DNA of 64,000 bases from an uncultured Pelagibacteraceae bacterium (lineage in GTDB: Bacteria > Pseudomonadota > Alphaproteobacteria > Pelagibacterales > Pelagibacteraceae). The DNA is taken from the NCBI GenBank assembly GCA_902541825.1, contig CACBRY010000001.1, forward strand, positions 31,924 through 95,923, written 5' to 3'. The translations under genes and the position numbers were made by a program. Below, piece by piece: positions 43,477 to 51,566 of this stretch. The notes beneath the pieces were generated by a model. The model was not told the origin of the DNA. It made no database searches and saw only the letters and a program-made list of their open reading frames with translations. Numbering within the stretch: position 1 is the stretch's first letter; the number at the start of each line of letters is the position of its first letter.

Positions 43477-44664
43477 ATGAAATCAAAAAAAAGAATTGTC
43501 TTAGCTTATTCTGGTGGCTTAGATACATCTATAATTCTAAAATGGCTTCAAGAAAATTATAACGCAGAAGTCATTTGTTACACAGCTGATATAGGGCAAG
43601 AGATAGATCGAAAAAAAATAATCAATAATGCTAAAAAATTTGGTGTTAAAAAGATCATAATTAAAGATTTAAAAAATCTTTTCGTAAAAGATTACGTTTT
43701 TCCAATGATACGAGGTAATGCGATTTATGAGGGAGTTTATTTATTAGGAACTTCTATAGCAAGACCATTAATCGCAAAAGACCAGATAAGAGTAGCAAAA
43801 AAATTTAAAGCATACGCAGTATCTCATGGAGCAACTGGAAAAGGTAATGATCAGGTCAGATTTGAGTTAGGTTATCACTATTTTGGCCCAAAGATAAAAG
43901 TTGTTGCACCCTGGAGAATTTGGAAATTAAAATCTAGAAGCGATTTAATTAATTATGCAAAAAAACATAAGATACCTATCCCCAAAGATAAAAAAGGTGC
44001 ACCCCCTTTTTCTGTTGACGATAATTTATTTCATACCTCAACTGAGGGTAAAATTTTAGAGAACCCAAAAAATTCAGCTCCAGAATTTATTTTCCAAAGA
44101 ACAACTTCCCCTGAAAAAGCACCGAATAAACCAACTTTTATTTCAATTAATTTTAAAAATGGTGACCCTGTTGGAATAAATGGAAAAAAATTAAATCCTG
44201 AAAACATTCTTACCGAATTAAATTTTATTGCTGGAAAAAATGGCATAGGAAGAGTTGACCTCGTTGAAAATAGATTTCTTGGAATTAAATCAAGAGGAGT
44301 TTATGAAACACCGGGCGGAACACTTTTGATTCATGCCCATAGAGCTATTGAGTCAGTGACATTGGATAAAGAAACAATGCACAAAAAAGATTTGATTATG
44401 CCAAGATATGCCGAACTGATTTATAATGGTTATTGGTATTCAAAAGAGAGATTTAAATTACAAAAAATTATTGATCAAAAAAGAAATAAGGTGAATGGGT
44501 CAGTAAAACTTAAACTATACAAAGGGAATATTACTATTCAATCTAGAATTACAAAAAGTAATGCATACTCAATGAAAAAAGTTTCTTTTGAGGAAAATAA
44601 AACATTTAATAAATCTAATGTTGAAAGATTTATTAATTATCACAAGAAAAAACTGAGATATTAA
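43477..44664 (+). CDS. argG: Argininosuccinate synthase
   Basis: LAYSGGLDTS, HGATGKGNDQVRFE, KSRGVYETPGG. Confidence 0.97.
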   Translation: MKSKKRIVLAYSGGLDTSIILKWLQENYNAEVICYTADIGQEIDRKKIINNAKKFGVKKIIIKDLKNLFVKDYVFPMIRGNAIYEGVYLLGTSIARPLIAKDQIRVAKKFKAYAVSHGATGKGNDQVRFELGYHYFGPKIKVVAPWRIWKLKSRSDLINYAKKHKIPIPKDKKGAPPFSVDDNLFHTSTEGKILENPKNSAPEFIFQRTTSPEKAPNKPTFISINFKNGDPVGINGKKLNPENILTELNFIAGKNGIGRVDLVENRFLGIKSRGVYETPGGTLLIHAHRAIESVTLDKETMHKKDLIMPRYAELIYNGYWYSKERFKLQKIIDQKRNKVNGSVKLKLYKGNITIQSRITKSNAYSMKKVSFEENKTFNKSNVERFINYHKKKLRY

Positions 44665-44721
44665 TAAGTTTTAGGACAATTTATAGTTTGTTAAATTTAT
44701 TTTTAGCTATATCTTAGAATT

Positions 44722-45180
44722 ATGGAATCACTTAAAAATTGGATGAGAGATACTGCAAACATTTTGTTTGATGACAGTAAAAATGATCTCCGATCTCTTC
44801 CTAAAACTGTTAGGTTGCAAATTTTATTAGTTTTGAGCTTTATATGGACCACAGTTTTTAGTTTATATGTTTTTTCTTACACAACTTTTGTTTTTGGTTG
44901 GACTGGTCTTTTTTTAGCTCACATTGGTTTAATCTTTGCCGTGTATATGACCTTTAAACATTTTCATAGAGCAGAAGAAAATTCAGCTAGTGTTTTTAAA
45001 ACAAAAAATTTTGACCCTTTTAAAATAATGGTTCTTGTTTTTGTGATTGTATTTATATTTGTTTTTTCAAAAGGTATTGAAGTATTAACAAGTCCGAATC
45101 CATATTCTTATTCAATTCCTTATGAAGGTTCTTCAAAATCAGTGTTTGAAAAATGGTTGCCTTTTAGTAAAGATAAATAA
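44722..45180 (+). CDS. Hypothetical membrane protein (3 TM)
   Basis: 152-aa hydrophobic ORF; 1-nt overlap with the next gene. Confidence 0.7.
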   Translation: MESLKNWMRDTANILFDDSKNDLRSLPKTVRLQILLVLSFIWTTVFSLYVFSYTTFVFGWTGLFLAHIGLIFAVYMTFKHFHRAEENSASVFKTKNFDPFKIMVLVFVIVFIFVFSKGIEVLTSPNPYSYSIPYEGSSKSVFEKWLPFSKDK

Positions 45181-45560
45181 TGGAAAAAATAGCAAAAAAT
45201 TTACAGCTTATTTTAATGGTTATCATTTTAATAAGCACAGTTATTGCAGTCGGTATAGAGATGTACAAAATGTTTGAGAATAGATCGGTAACTTTAGCTG
45301 ATTTATTATTAATGTTTCTTTACCTAGAAGTGCTAGCAATGGTAAGAGTTTTTTGGAACCAACAATCAATTAGTATTACCCTTCCTTTATTAATTGCAAT
45401 TACTGCTTTAGCACGATTTATTATTCTTCAAGGTAAGGAAATGGATCCAACAGCATTAGTTTATGAGGCTATTGCAATTGTTCTAATTGCTGGTGCAATT
45501 GTTATTTTAAGATTAAGACATAGCGACAAGCTTGGTTTAAAGAAAAAAAAATCAAAATAA
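45180..45560 (+). CDS. PsiE family membrane protein
   Basis: LADLLLMFLYLEV, IAITALARFIIL. Confidence 0.85.
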   Translation: MEKIAKNLQLILMVIILISTVIAVGIEMYKMFENRSVTLADLLLMFLYLEVLAMVRVFWNQQSISITLPLLIAITALARFIILQGKEMDPTALVYEAIAIVLIAGAIVILRLRHSDKLGLKKKKSK

Positions 45561-45566
45561 ATCAAA

Positions 45567-46706
45567 ATGAAATTTGAAGCCTCAAAGGCTGCGGCCTTAA
45601 ATAGATTAAATAATTTTGTAGAAAAAAATCTTTCTGAATATTCCAAACTAAGAAATTTTGATTTTGGTCCGGAAAAGAGAACAAATATATCTGGTTTATC
45701 TCCATATATTACTCATGGAGTTATCAACGAGAAAGAAGTTATTGAAAAATCACTTAGCAAGTTTTCTTTTTCAAAAAATGAAAAATTCATTCAAGAAGTT
45801 TTGTGGCGAACATATTGGAAGGGTTGGTTAGAATTACGACCAAACGTTTGGACAGATTACTTAGTTGAGTTAAATAAAATTCGAGAAGAATATAAAGATA
45901 ACCAAAATTACAAAAATGCAATAGATGGAAAAACCAATATTGAATGTTTTAATTTTTGGGTAACAGAGCTTAAAGAAAATAACTATTTACATAATCATAC
46001 TAGAATGTGGTTTGCTAGTATTTGGATTTTTACATTAGAATTACCCTGGCAATTAGGAGCAGAATTTTTTATGCAACATCTTTACGATGGTGACTCTGCA
46101 TCTAATACTCTTGGTTGGAGATGGGTAGCTGGAATTCAAACACAAGGAAAACACTATTTAGCGAGCGAGTGGAATATTAAAAAATTCACTAATAATAGAT
46201 TTAATAGTATTAAATTAAACGAAAACGCTCCTCCAAAAGTTTCTGAAAAAACTTACTCAATAGTTAAACAAGATTTTAGCAATAAAAATATAGATGATGA
46301 AAATCTTTTTATTTTTGAAAATAGTTTATCATTTGAAACCACAGATTTTCAAAATCATAAATTTAAAAAAATTTACATAATTTCAAATAAAAATGAAAAT
46401 AGATCTATCAAACTAAGTGAAAAAGTTATTAAATTTAAAGCTCTTTTAGTAGATGATCAAAAACAAAGATTAGAAAATAATTCTATCACTTGTGAAGTGG
46501 TAGACATAAGTGAGATTAAAAATATAAACGAAAAAATTATAGCGTTATATCCAACAGTCGGTGAAAACCTGGATTATTTAAATTTAAATAATTTAAAAAT
46601 AGATTTTTTATATAGAAAACTCGATCAATATTCATGGCAGTATTGTAATAAAGGTTTTTTTAATTTTAAAAATTATATTCCTAAAATAATTACAACTTTT
46701 AATTAA
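45567..46706 (+). CDS. Inverted-domain (NewPHL-type) DNA photolyase
   Basis: FAD domain at the N-terminus (SGLSPY, FIQEVLWR, YLHNHTRMWFAS, DGDSASN, WRWVAG) with no preceding antenna domain. Confidence 0.8.
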   Translation: MKFEASKAAALNRLNNFVEKNLSEYSKLRNFDFGPEKRTNISGLSPYITHGVINEKEVIEKSLSKFSFSKNEKFIQEVLWRTYWKGWLELRPNVWTDYLVELNKIREEYKDNQNYKNAIDGKTNIECFNFWVTELKENNYLHNHTRMWFASIWIFTLELPWQLGAEFFMQHLYDGDSASNTLGWRWVAGIQTQGKHYLASEWNIKKFTNNRFNSIKLNENAPPKVSEKTYSIVKQDFSNKNIDDENLFIFENSLSFETTDFQNHKFKKIYIISNKNENRSIKLSEKVIKFKALLVDDQKQRLENNSITCEVVDISEIKNINEKIIALYPTVGENLDYLNLNNLKIDFLYRKLDQYSWQYCNKGFFNFKNYIPKIITTFN

Positions 46707-46924
46707 AACCACCTAAACATCCCGATGATTCCCGCTGTAGCATAAAAGAATTGCAAAAATAATATTCCTCTGTGACCACCCCTATAGGCCCAAATTCCAA
46801 TTAAAATTGCGGAAATAAGTAACAAACAAAAACCAAAAAATTCTATGCCAATATTCATAGCTACAAATAATGAATATAGTATTGCAGTTATAACTCCTGC
46901 CCATTCAAAAATTTTATTATTCAT
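46703..46924 (-). CDS. Small 3-TM membrane protein
   Basis: 73-aa hydrophobic ORF, last gene of the minus-strand run. Confidence 0.7.
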   Translation of the reverse strand: MNNKIFEWAGVITAILYSLFVAMNIGIEFFGFCLLLISAILIGIWAYRGGHRGILFLQFFYATAGIIGMFRWF

Positions 46925-46929
46925 ACTTT

Positions 46930-47067
46930 TTATTCATTTTCCAGCTTGAATTTTTTTCTATTATAAATTTTTTTTTTATTTTTTACTATTTTATTTCTGA
47001 GCATTGCTGAGCTTAATAATTTAGCCATTGGATTTTTCTTCTTTAATTTTTTTATTTTTTTGCTCAT
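46930..47067 (-). CDS. Unannotated 45-aa basic protein, ArfA-like
   Basis: Hand translation MSKKIKKLKKKNPMAKLLSSAMLRNKIVKNKKKIYNRKKFKLENE; fills the gap between two genes. Confidence 0.6.
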   Translation of the reverse strand: MSKKIKKLKKKNPMAKLLSSAMLRNKIVKNKKKIYNRKKFKLENE

Positions 47068-47095
47068 ATGAGTTTTTAAAATTAGTATACAAAAT

Positions 47096-47785
47096 TTATC
47101 TTGCCAATTTTATGAAAATATCACCCATGCCAGCATCTAAATTTTCTAAAGGTGTATTGTTTCTTAAATTACAATACCTACCAGTAACTTGGTGGCTTTT
47201 AACAAAATCTATTTCATCTTTTTCACAACTTTTTCCATTATGCAACAAACCTATAACTATTCGATCATCAAGACTATAAACCTCTGATTTATTAATTTTT
47301 TTACCATCACAAAAATAATCTTTATTTACTCTGTTTGGAAAATCCTGTTTATCGCAAGGGTTTTTGATAGTTAAAACATAAAATTCCTTCAAGCCATCTT
47401 TAAATTCATATTTCATTTTTTGAGTTTCAGAGTACTTCATAAGATCACATGAACATGGAACACAACATCTATAATAATTTCCACAAATTTTTTTTTTAGT
47501 TTTAGTTTCTTCAATAAATAAAAATTCTGAGTCGCTATTTGGATCAATCAAAGATCCAGAAACCGCGCAGTATAATTTATTAAATTCAATAAAATCTTTA
47601 TAAGTGATTTTTTTATCTATAATATATTTAAAAAACTTTGGTCCTGCCGCATTTCTATTTTTATCAGGGAATATTCTTGACCAATCAGTAATAAGCTCCT
47701 TGTGATAGTTTTTTTCTTCAGCGAATGATTTAAGCTGAAATAATATTAAAAATATAATCAAAAAAAGATTTAAAAATTTTTTCAT
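47096..47785 (-). CDS. Exported Cys-rich hypothetical protein (10 Cys)
   Basis: Signal peptide, RCCVPCSCD motif, ATGA overlap with the CRTAC1-like gene. Confidence 0.8.
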   Translation of the reverse strand: MKKFLNLFLIIFLILFQLKSFAEEKNYHKELITDWSRIFPDKNRNAAGPKFFKYIIDKKITYKDFIEFNKLYCAVSGSLIDPNSDSEFLFIEETKTKKKICGNYYRCCVPCSCDLMKYSETQKMKYEFKDGLKEFYVLTIKNPCDKQDFPNRVNKDYFCDGKKINKSEVYSLDDRIVIGLLHNGKSCEKDEIDFVKSHQVTGRYCNLRNNTPLENLDAGMGDIFIKLAR

Positions 47786-49212
47786 TTTTGTTTTACAGTA
47801 ATTGTTTGATTTAACTCAGTTACATTGAATAATTTTTTTGTTCCATTGGTCCATTTAATCTCTACTTTAAAATTTTTTTCGTTTTTTCTAATTCCATAAT
47901 GTGCCACAGGCTCCATTTGGCATAAGTAACCAGATCCTGCATCAATAGTTTTGGAATGCTTTCTTTTATTTGTTATTAATGTTACCGTAGCTCCTCTCGC
48001 CGGGGCACCATATTTACTTAATGGTTTAATTCTTAGGTATTTATTTCCTTTGTCAACTTTTGCTTTATAGAAAGTTAATGGTTGTTCTTTACTTTCACCA
48101 CGAGCAACTAACAATTCTAAAACTCCGTCATTATCAATATCTGCGACAGCTGCCCCAGTTCCATACCCATTAACTTCGAGACCAACTTGAAAATTTATCT
48201 GTTCAAATTTTCCATCATCGTTAATACGAAATAATTTATTTGGTTCTGCTATATTGTTCATAAAAACTTCATCAAAACCATCGTTATCAAAATCTGCAGA
48301 AATAATTGTTCTAATTCTAGAAGGTTTATCAAAATCTTTATTTCCTATGTCTTTAAATTCGTTTTTTTCCAAAACCCAGGCTCTATGATATCCAAGCCAA
48401 TTACCACTCAGAATATCTAATCTGCCTCGATAATATATGTCTGATAAAGCTGTACCTCTCCCATTTTGGATTGCATCATCTACTCTATAATCAAATGCTA
48501 CATCTTTAAAATTTCCATTATTATTTTTATAAAGATAATTTGCTCCCCTCTCATTTGCTGCAAAAATATCTGCTCTATCTGACAAGATATGTCCTGATAC
48601 CACTGCTCTTCCACCAGTGATATTATCAAGATTTAAACTCTGAGCCTTATCTTTAATCAATTCATCTTCAATCTCATAAAATCTGGTTGGGCCTCCGTAA
48701 TTTGCTACATAGACTCCATATTCACCATCTCCCTTTCTATCTACACAAACTACAGATCTTCCTGCTGTTAAATTTAGGTTTTCTTTATTTTTTTCTAATT
48801 CGAATAAATCAAAATAATTATTATCTTCTATATCTAATAATCTATCTGAATATTTTTTATCCCCACTATATGTATCTGTATTTAGAAAGTAAATTTCTTC
48901 AAAGCCATCTTTATCGATATCACACGCAGCAACTCCTATAGTTCTTTTTAAAGTATCTGAAAAAATTTTTTGCTGATTTAGATTCTTTAATTTTCCATCC
49001 TGAAAAGATAAAGCTAAGTTAGGATAACCAAATCCTGTTACTAAAAACTCATAATTTCCATCCATATTAAAATCTGTTACTGAGATACCATAGCTGAGCC
49101 TTTTTTCATTATTTTCAATAATTTTTGATAGATCCTCAAAAAATTCTGCACGAGTATTATTTGTAAAAATTACAAAAAAAATTAAAATCAAATATCGAGT
49201 AAGATTTTTCAT
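47782..49212 (-). CDS. CRTAC1 family protein (FG-GAP/VCBS beta-propeller plus ASPIC/UnbV domain)
   Basis: Repeated DxDxDG loops (DFNMDG, DIDKDG, DFDNDG, DIDNDG) and IDAGSGYLCQMEPVAHYG; signal peptide from ATG 49212. Confidence 0.88.
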   Translation of the reverse strand: MKNLTRYLILIFFVIFTNNTRAEFFEDLSKIIENNEKRLSYGISVTDFNMDGNYEFLVTGFGYPNLALSFQDGKLKNLNQQKIFSDTLKRTIGVAACDIDKDGFEEIYFLNTDTYSGDKKYSDRLLDIEDNNYFDLFELEKNKENLNLTAGRSVVCVDRKGDGEYGVYVANYGGPTRFYEIEDELIKDKAQSLNLDNITGGRAVVSGHILSDRADIFAANERGANYLYKNNNGNFKDVAFDYRVDDAIQNGRGTALSDIYYRGRLDILSGNWLGYHRAWVLEKNEFKDIGNKDFDKPSRIRTIISADFDNDGFDEVFMNNIAEPNKLFRINDDGKFEQINFQVGLEVNGYGTGAAVADIDNDGVLELLVARGESKEQPLTFYKAKVDKGNKYLRIKPLSKYGAPARGATVTLITNKRKHSKTIDAGSGYLCQMEPVAHYGIRKNEKNFKVEIKWTNGTKKLFNVTELNQTITVKQK

Positions 49213-49337
49213 TTTTTTGATGAACATTTTTTTGAGCAATATTTAACCTTTTCCCAATTGAGTCTCCATTTCCTTCTCCATTTAAATGGTCTTTGACATA
49301 TTGGACAAACCTTAATTGGTAAATTTTCTTTTTTCAC
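49209..49337 (-). CDS. Unannotated DUF2256-type zinc-ribbon protein (42 aa)
   Basis: Hand translation MKKENLPIKVCPICQRPFKWRRKWRLNWEKVKYCSKKCSSKK; TAGTG and ATGA overlaps with its neighbours. Confidence 0.88.
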   Translation of the reverse strand: MKKENLPIKVCPICQRPFKWRRKWRLNWEKVKYCSKKCSSKK

Positions 49338-50827
49338 TAAACTGTGTTTTCTTTAATGAATTTATCTGCAGCCGACAAAATTAATTTTTTTCTATCCATT
49401 TTCATTTTATCAAATATTCTTACCATCATTGAAAGTCTTGGATTTTTTAAAAAAAACTTTCTATTACGATCTATAAATCTCCAATAAAGTCCGTCCATCG
49501 TGTTACACCATTCTCCTTTTTTAAAATCCATCATTTTCATAAAATAACTTGATCCACAAATGTATGGTTTGGTTGCAAAAATTCCCCCGTCACTAAATAA
49601 CCCCATACCATAAACATTGGGTACCATTACCCAATCTGAGGAGTCGACAAACATCTCCATGAACCATTTGTAAACAATATTAGGTTTTATTTCACAAAGG
49701 TTCATTATGTTTGATAAAATCATTAATCTTTCAATGTGATGAGACCATCCAAAATTTAATGCGTTTTTAATTGCGTAATCTAATGGAGGTAAACCTGTCG
49801 TTCCATCATACCATGACTTTTTCATTTTACGATTTTGTTTGAAAAAATTTCCAGTTTCCATTTCATTTGAGTAACTTTGATAAATTCCTCTCATAAATTC
49901 TCTCCATCCTATAACCTGACGAACATAACCTTCTAGAGAATTTAATCTAATTTTTTTACTCTTATGAAAATCTAAAACTTTTTTGATAATAAATTCAGGT
50001 GTGATTAAACCTAGGTTGATATAAGGACTTAAAGCGCTGTGAAATAAGATATTATCTTTTTGATCCACTGCGTCCTCATAATCACCAAATAAATTAGATT
50101 TTTCTTTAATGAAAAAATTCAATAATTTGACTACATCATTATACTCTGTAGCAAACCAAAAATTTTTGGTTGTTCCTGGATGATCTTTAAATAGTTTTTC
50201 AATAATAGGTTTTAATTTTTTAGTATGATTTGTTTCATTAATTTTAGGAAACTTTGGAATAGAAATATTTTTTGGTAACTTATTTCTGTTATCTTCATCA
50301 AAACTCCATTTGCCTCCAATAGGATTTCCATCAGAACCCATTAATATTCCAGATTTCTTTCTCACTTCCTTATAAAAAGTTGCCATGAAAGGTTTTTTTG
50401 ATTTAGATAGATATTGTTTAAATTCATCTCTTGAATTCAAAAACATTGGGGTTTGAATAATATTCCATTTGATCTTTTCTTTTTTTACGAATTGATTTAT
50501 TTTTTTCTCAAAAAATTTATCCTCGACTTCAAAACTTGAAATCTCTTTTATTTTTTTTGAATTAATTATTTTTTTTAATTTTTTTAAATAGTCGTCTTTA
50601 AATTCTTTATCCTCAATTTTAGAATATTCTAATTTAAACTTATCTTTTCTGAGGTTTTCCGCATGTGAACGCATCGATGACAAAAAGAGAAGTATCTTAT
50701 TTTTATGATGTTTTTCATAAGTACATAATTGATAATCCTCTGCCATAAAAATTAGGTGGTCTTTTTTGAAGCAATCCAAGTATTTTGATGGAAATAATTG
50801 ATTACCCAGTATAAAAAATAACTTCAT
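49337..50827 (-). CDS. Bacterial (6-4) photolyase/cryptochrome (PhrB/CryB class), lacking 4Fe-4S ligands
   Basis: LGNQL, GGKWSFDEDNR, FGDYEDA, RQVIGWREF, HHIERLM, WVMVPNVYGM, TKPY. Confidence 0.9.
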   Translation of the reverse strand: MKLFFILGNQLFPSKYLDCFKKDHLIFMAEDYQLCTYEKHHKNKILLFLSSMRSHAENLRKDKFKLEYSKIEDKEFKDDYLKKLKKIINSKKIKEISSFEVEDKFFEKKINQFVKKEKIKWNIIQTPMFLNSRDEFKQYLSKSKKPFMATFYKEVRKKSGILMGSDGNPIGGKWSFDEDNRNKLPKNISIPKFPKINETNHTKKLKPIIEKLFKDHPGTTKNFWFATEYNDVVKLLNFFIKEKSNLFGDYEDAVDQKDNILFHSALSPYINLGLITPEFIIKKVLDFHKSKKIRLNSLEGYVRQVIGWREFMRGIYQSYSNEMETGNFFKQNRKMKKSWYDGTTGLPPLDYAIKNALNFGWSHHIERLMILSNIMNLCEIKPNIVYKWFMEMFVDSSDWVMVPNVYGMGLFSDGGIFATKPYICGSSYFMKMMDFKKGEWCNTMDGLYWRFIDRNRKFFLKNPRLSMMVRIFDKMKMDRKKLILSAADKFIKENTV

Positions 50828-50854
50828 AATTATATATAACTAATAAAATTTTTT

Positions 50855-51565
50855 ATGTCAGAAAAATATCTTATTCTTGGTGCGACAGGTTCAATCGGAT
50901 CTAGTTTAGCTGAACAATTAGTAAATTCAGGAAATTCAGTTCATTTAGTTGGCAGAAATGAAAATGAAACAAAAAATATTTCTGAGAAATTAGGTTGTAG
51001 TTTTACAATAGCCGATGTTTTGCAGGATGGATTTGTGGAAAAGGTTAAAAATGATATTTCTGATGTAAAAGGAATTGCCTACTGTGTAGGTTCAATTGAT
51101 TTAAAACCTTTGAGAATGGTCAATGAGCAGGATTTTAATAAGTGTATGAAATTAAATTTATACTCAGCAGTGGATGTTATAAAAGGCTACCAGGATAGTT
51201 TAAAAAAAAATAAAGGTTCAGTAGTTTTATTTTCCACAGTTGCAGCTCAAAGAGGTTTTACAAATCACGCTATAATTGCCTCTACTAAGGCTGCTGTAGA
51301 AGGTTTAACTGTTTCTTTAGCAGCGGAATTTGCTCCTAATATTAGAGTGAACTGTATTGCACCTAGTTTGACTAACTCGAAAATTGCTGAGCCAATGTTA
51401 AAAAATAAAGCATTAGCAGATGGTATAGCTAAAGCTCATCCTTTAAAAAGATTAGGTGAAGGTAAGGACTCTGCCTCTCTTGCAAAATTTCTTATCACTG
51501 ACGACAGTTCTTGGGTTACAGGTCAAATCATTGCTGTTGATGGTGGTAGATCAAAACTTTCTTAA
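50855..51565 (+). CDS. Short-chain dehydrogenase/reductase, atypical active site
   Basis: GATGSIG, IRVNCIAP, TGQIIAVDGG; HAIIASTK in place of YxxxK. Confidence 0.88.
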   Translation: MSEKYLILGATGSIGSSLAEQLVNSGNSVHLVGRNENETKNISEKLGCSFTIADVLQDGFVEKVKNDISDVKGIAYCVGSIDLKPLRMVNEQDFNKCMKLNLYSAVDVIKGYQDSLKKNKGSVVLFSTVAAQRGFTNHAIIASTKAAVEGLTVSLAAEFAPNIRVNCIAPSLTNSKIAEPMLKNKALADGIAKAHPLKRLGEGKDSASLAKFLITDDSSWVTGQIIAVDGGRSKLS

Positions 51566-51566
51566 A

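Noticed and set aside
45567-46706. Truncated photolyase pseudogene
   Set aside because: Intact ORF with a clean start and complete FAD-domain motifs; fits the inverted-domain class
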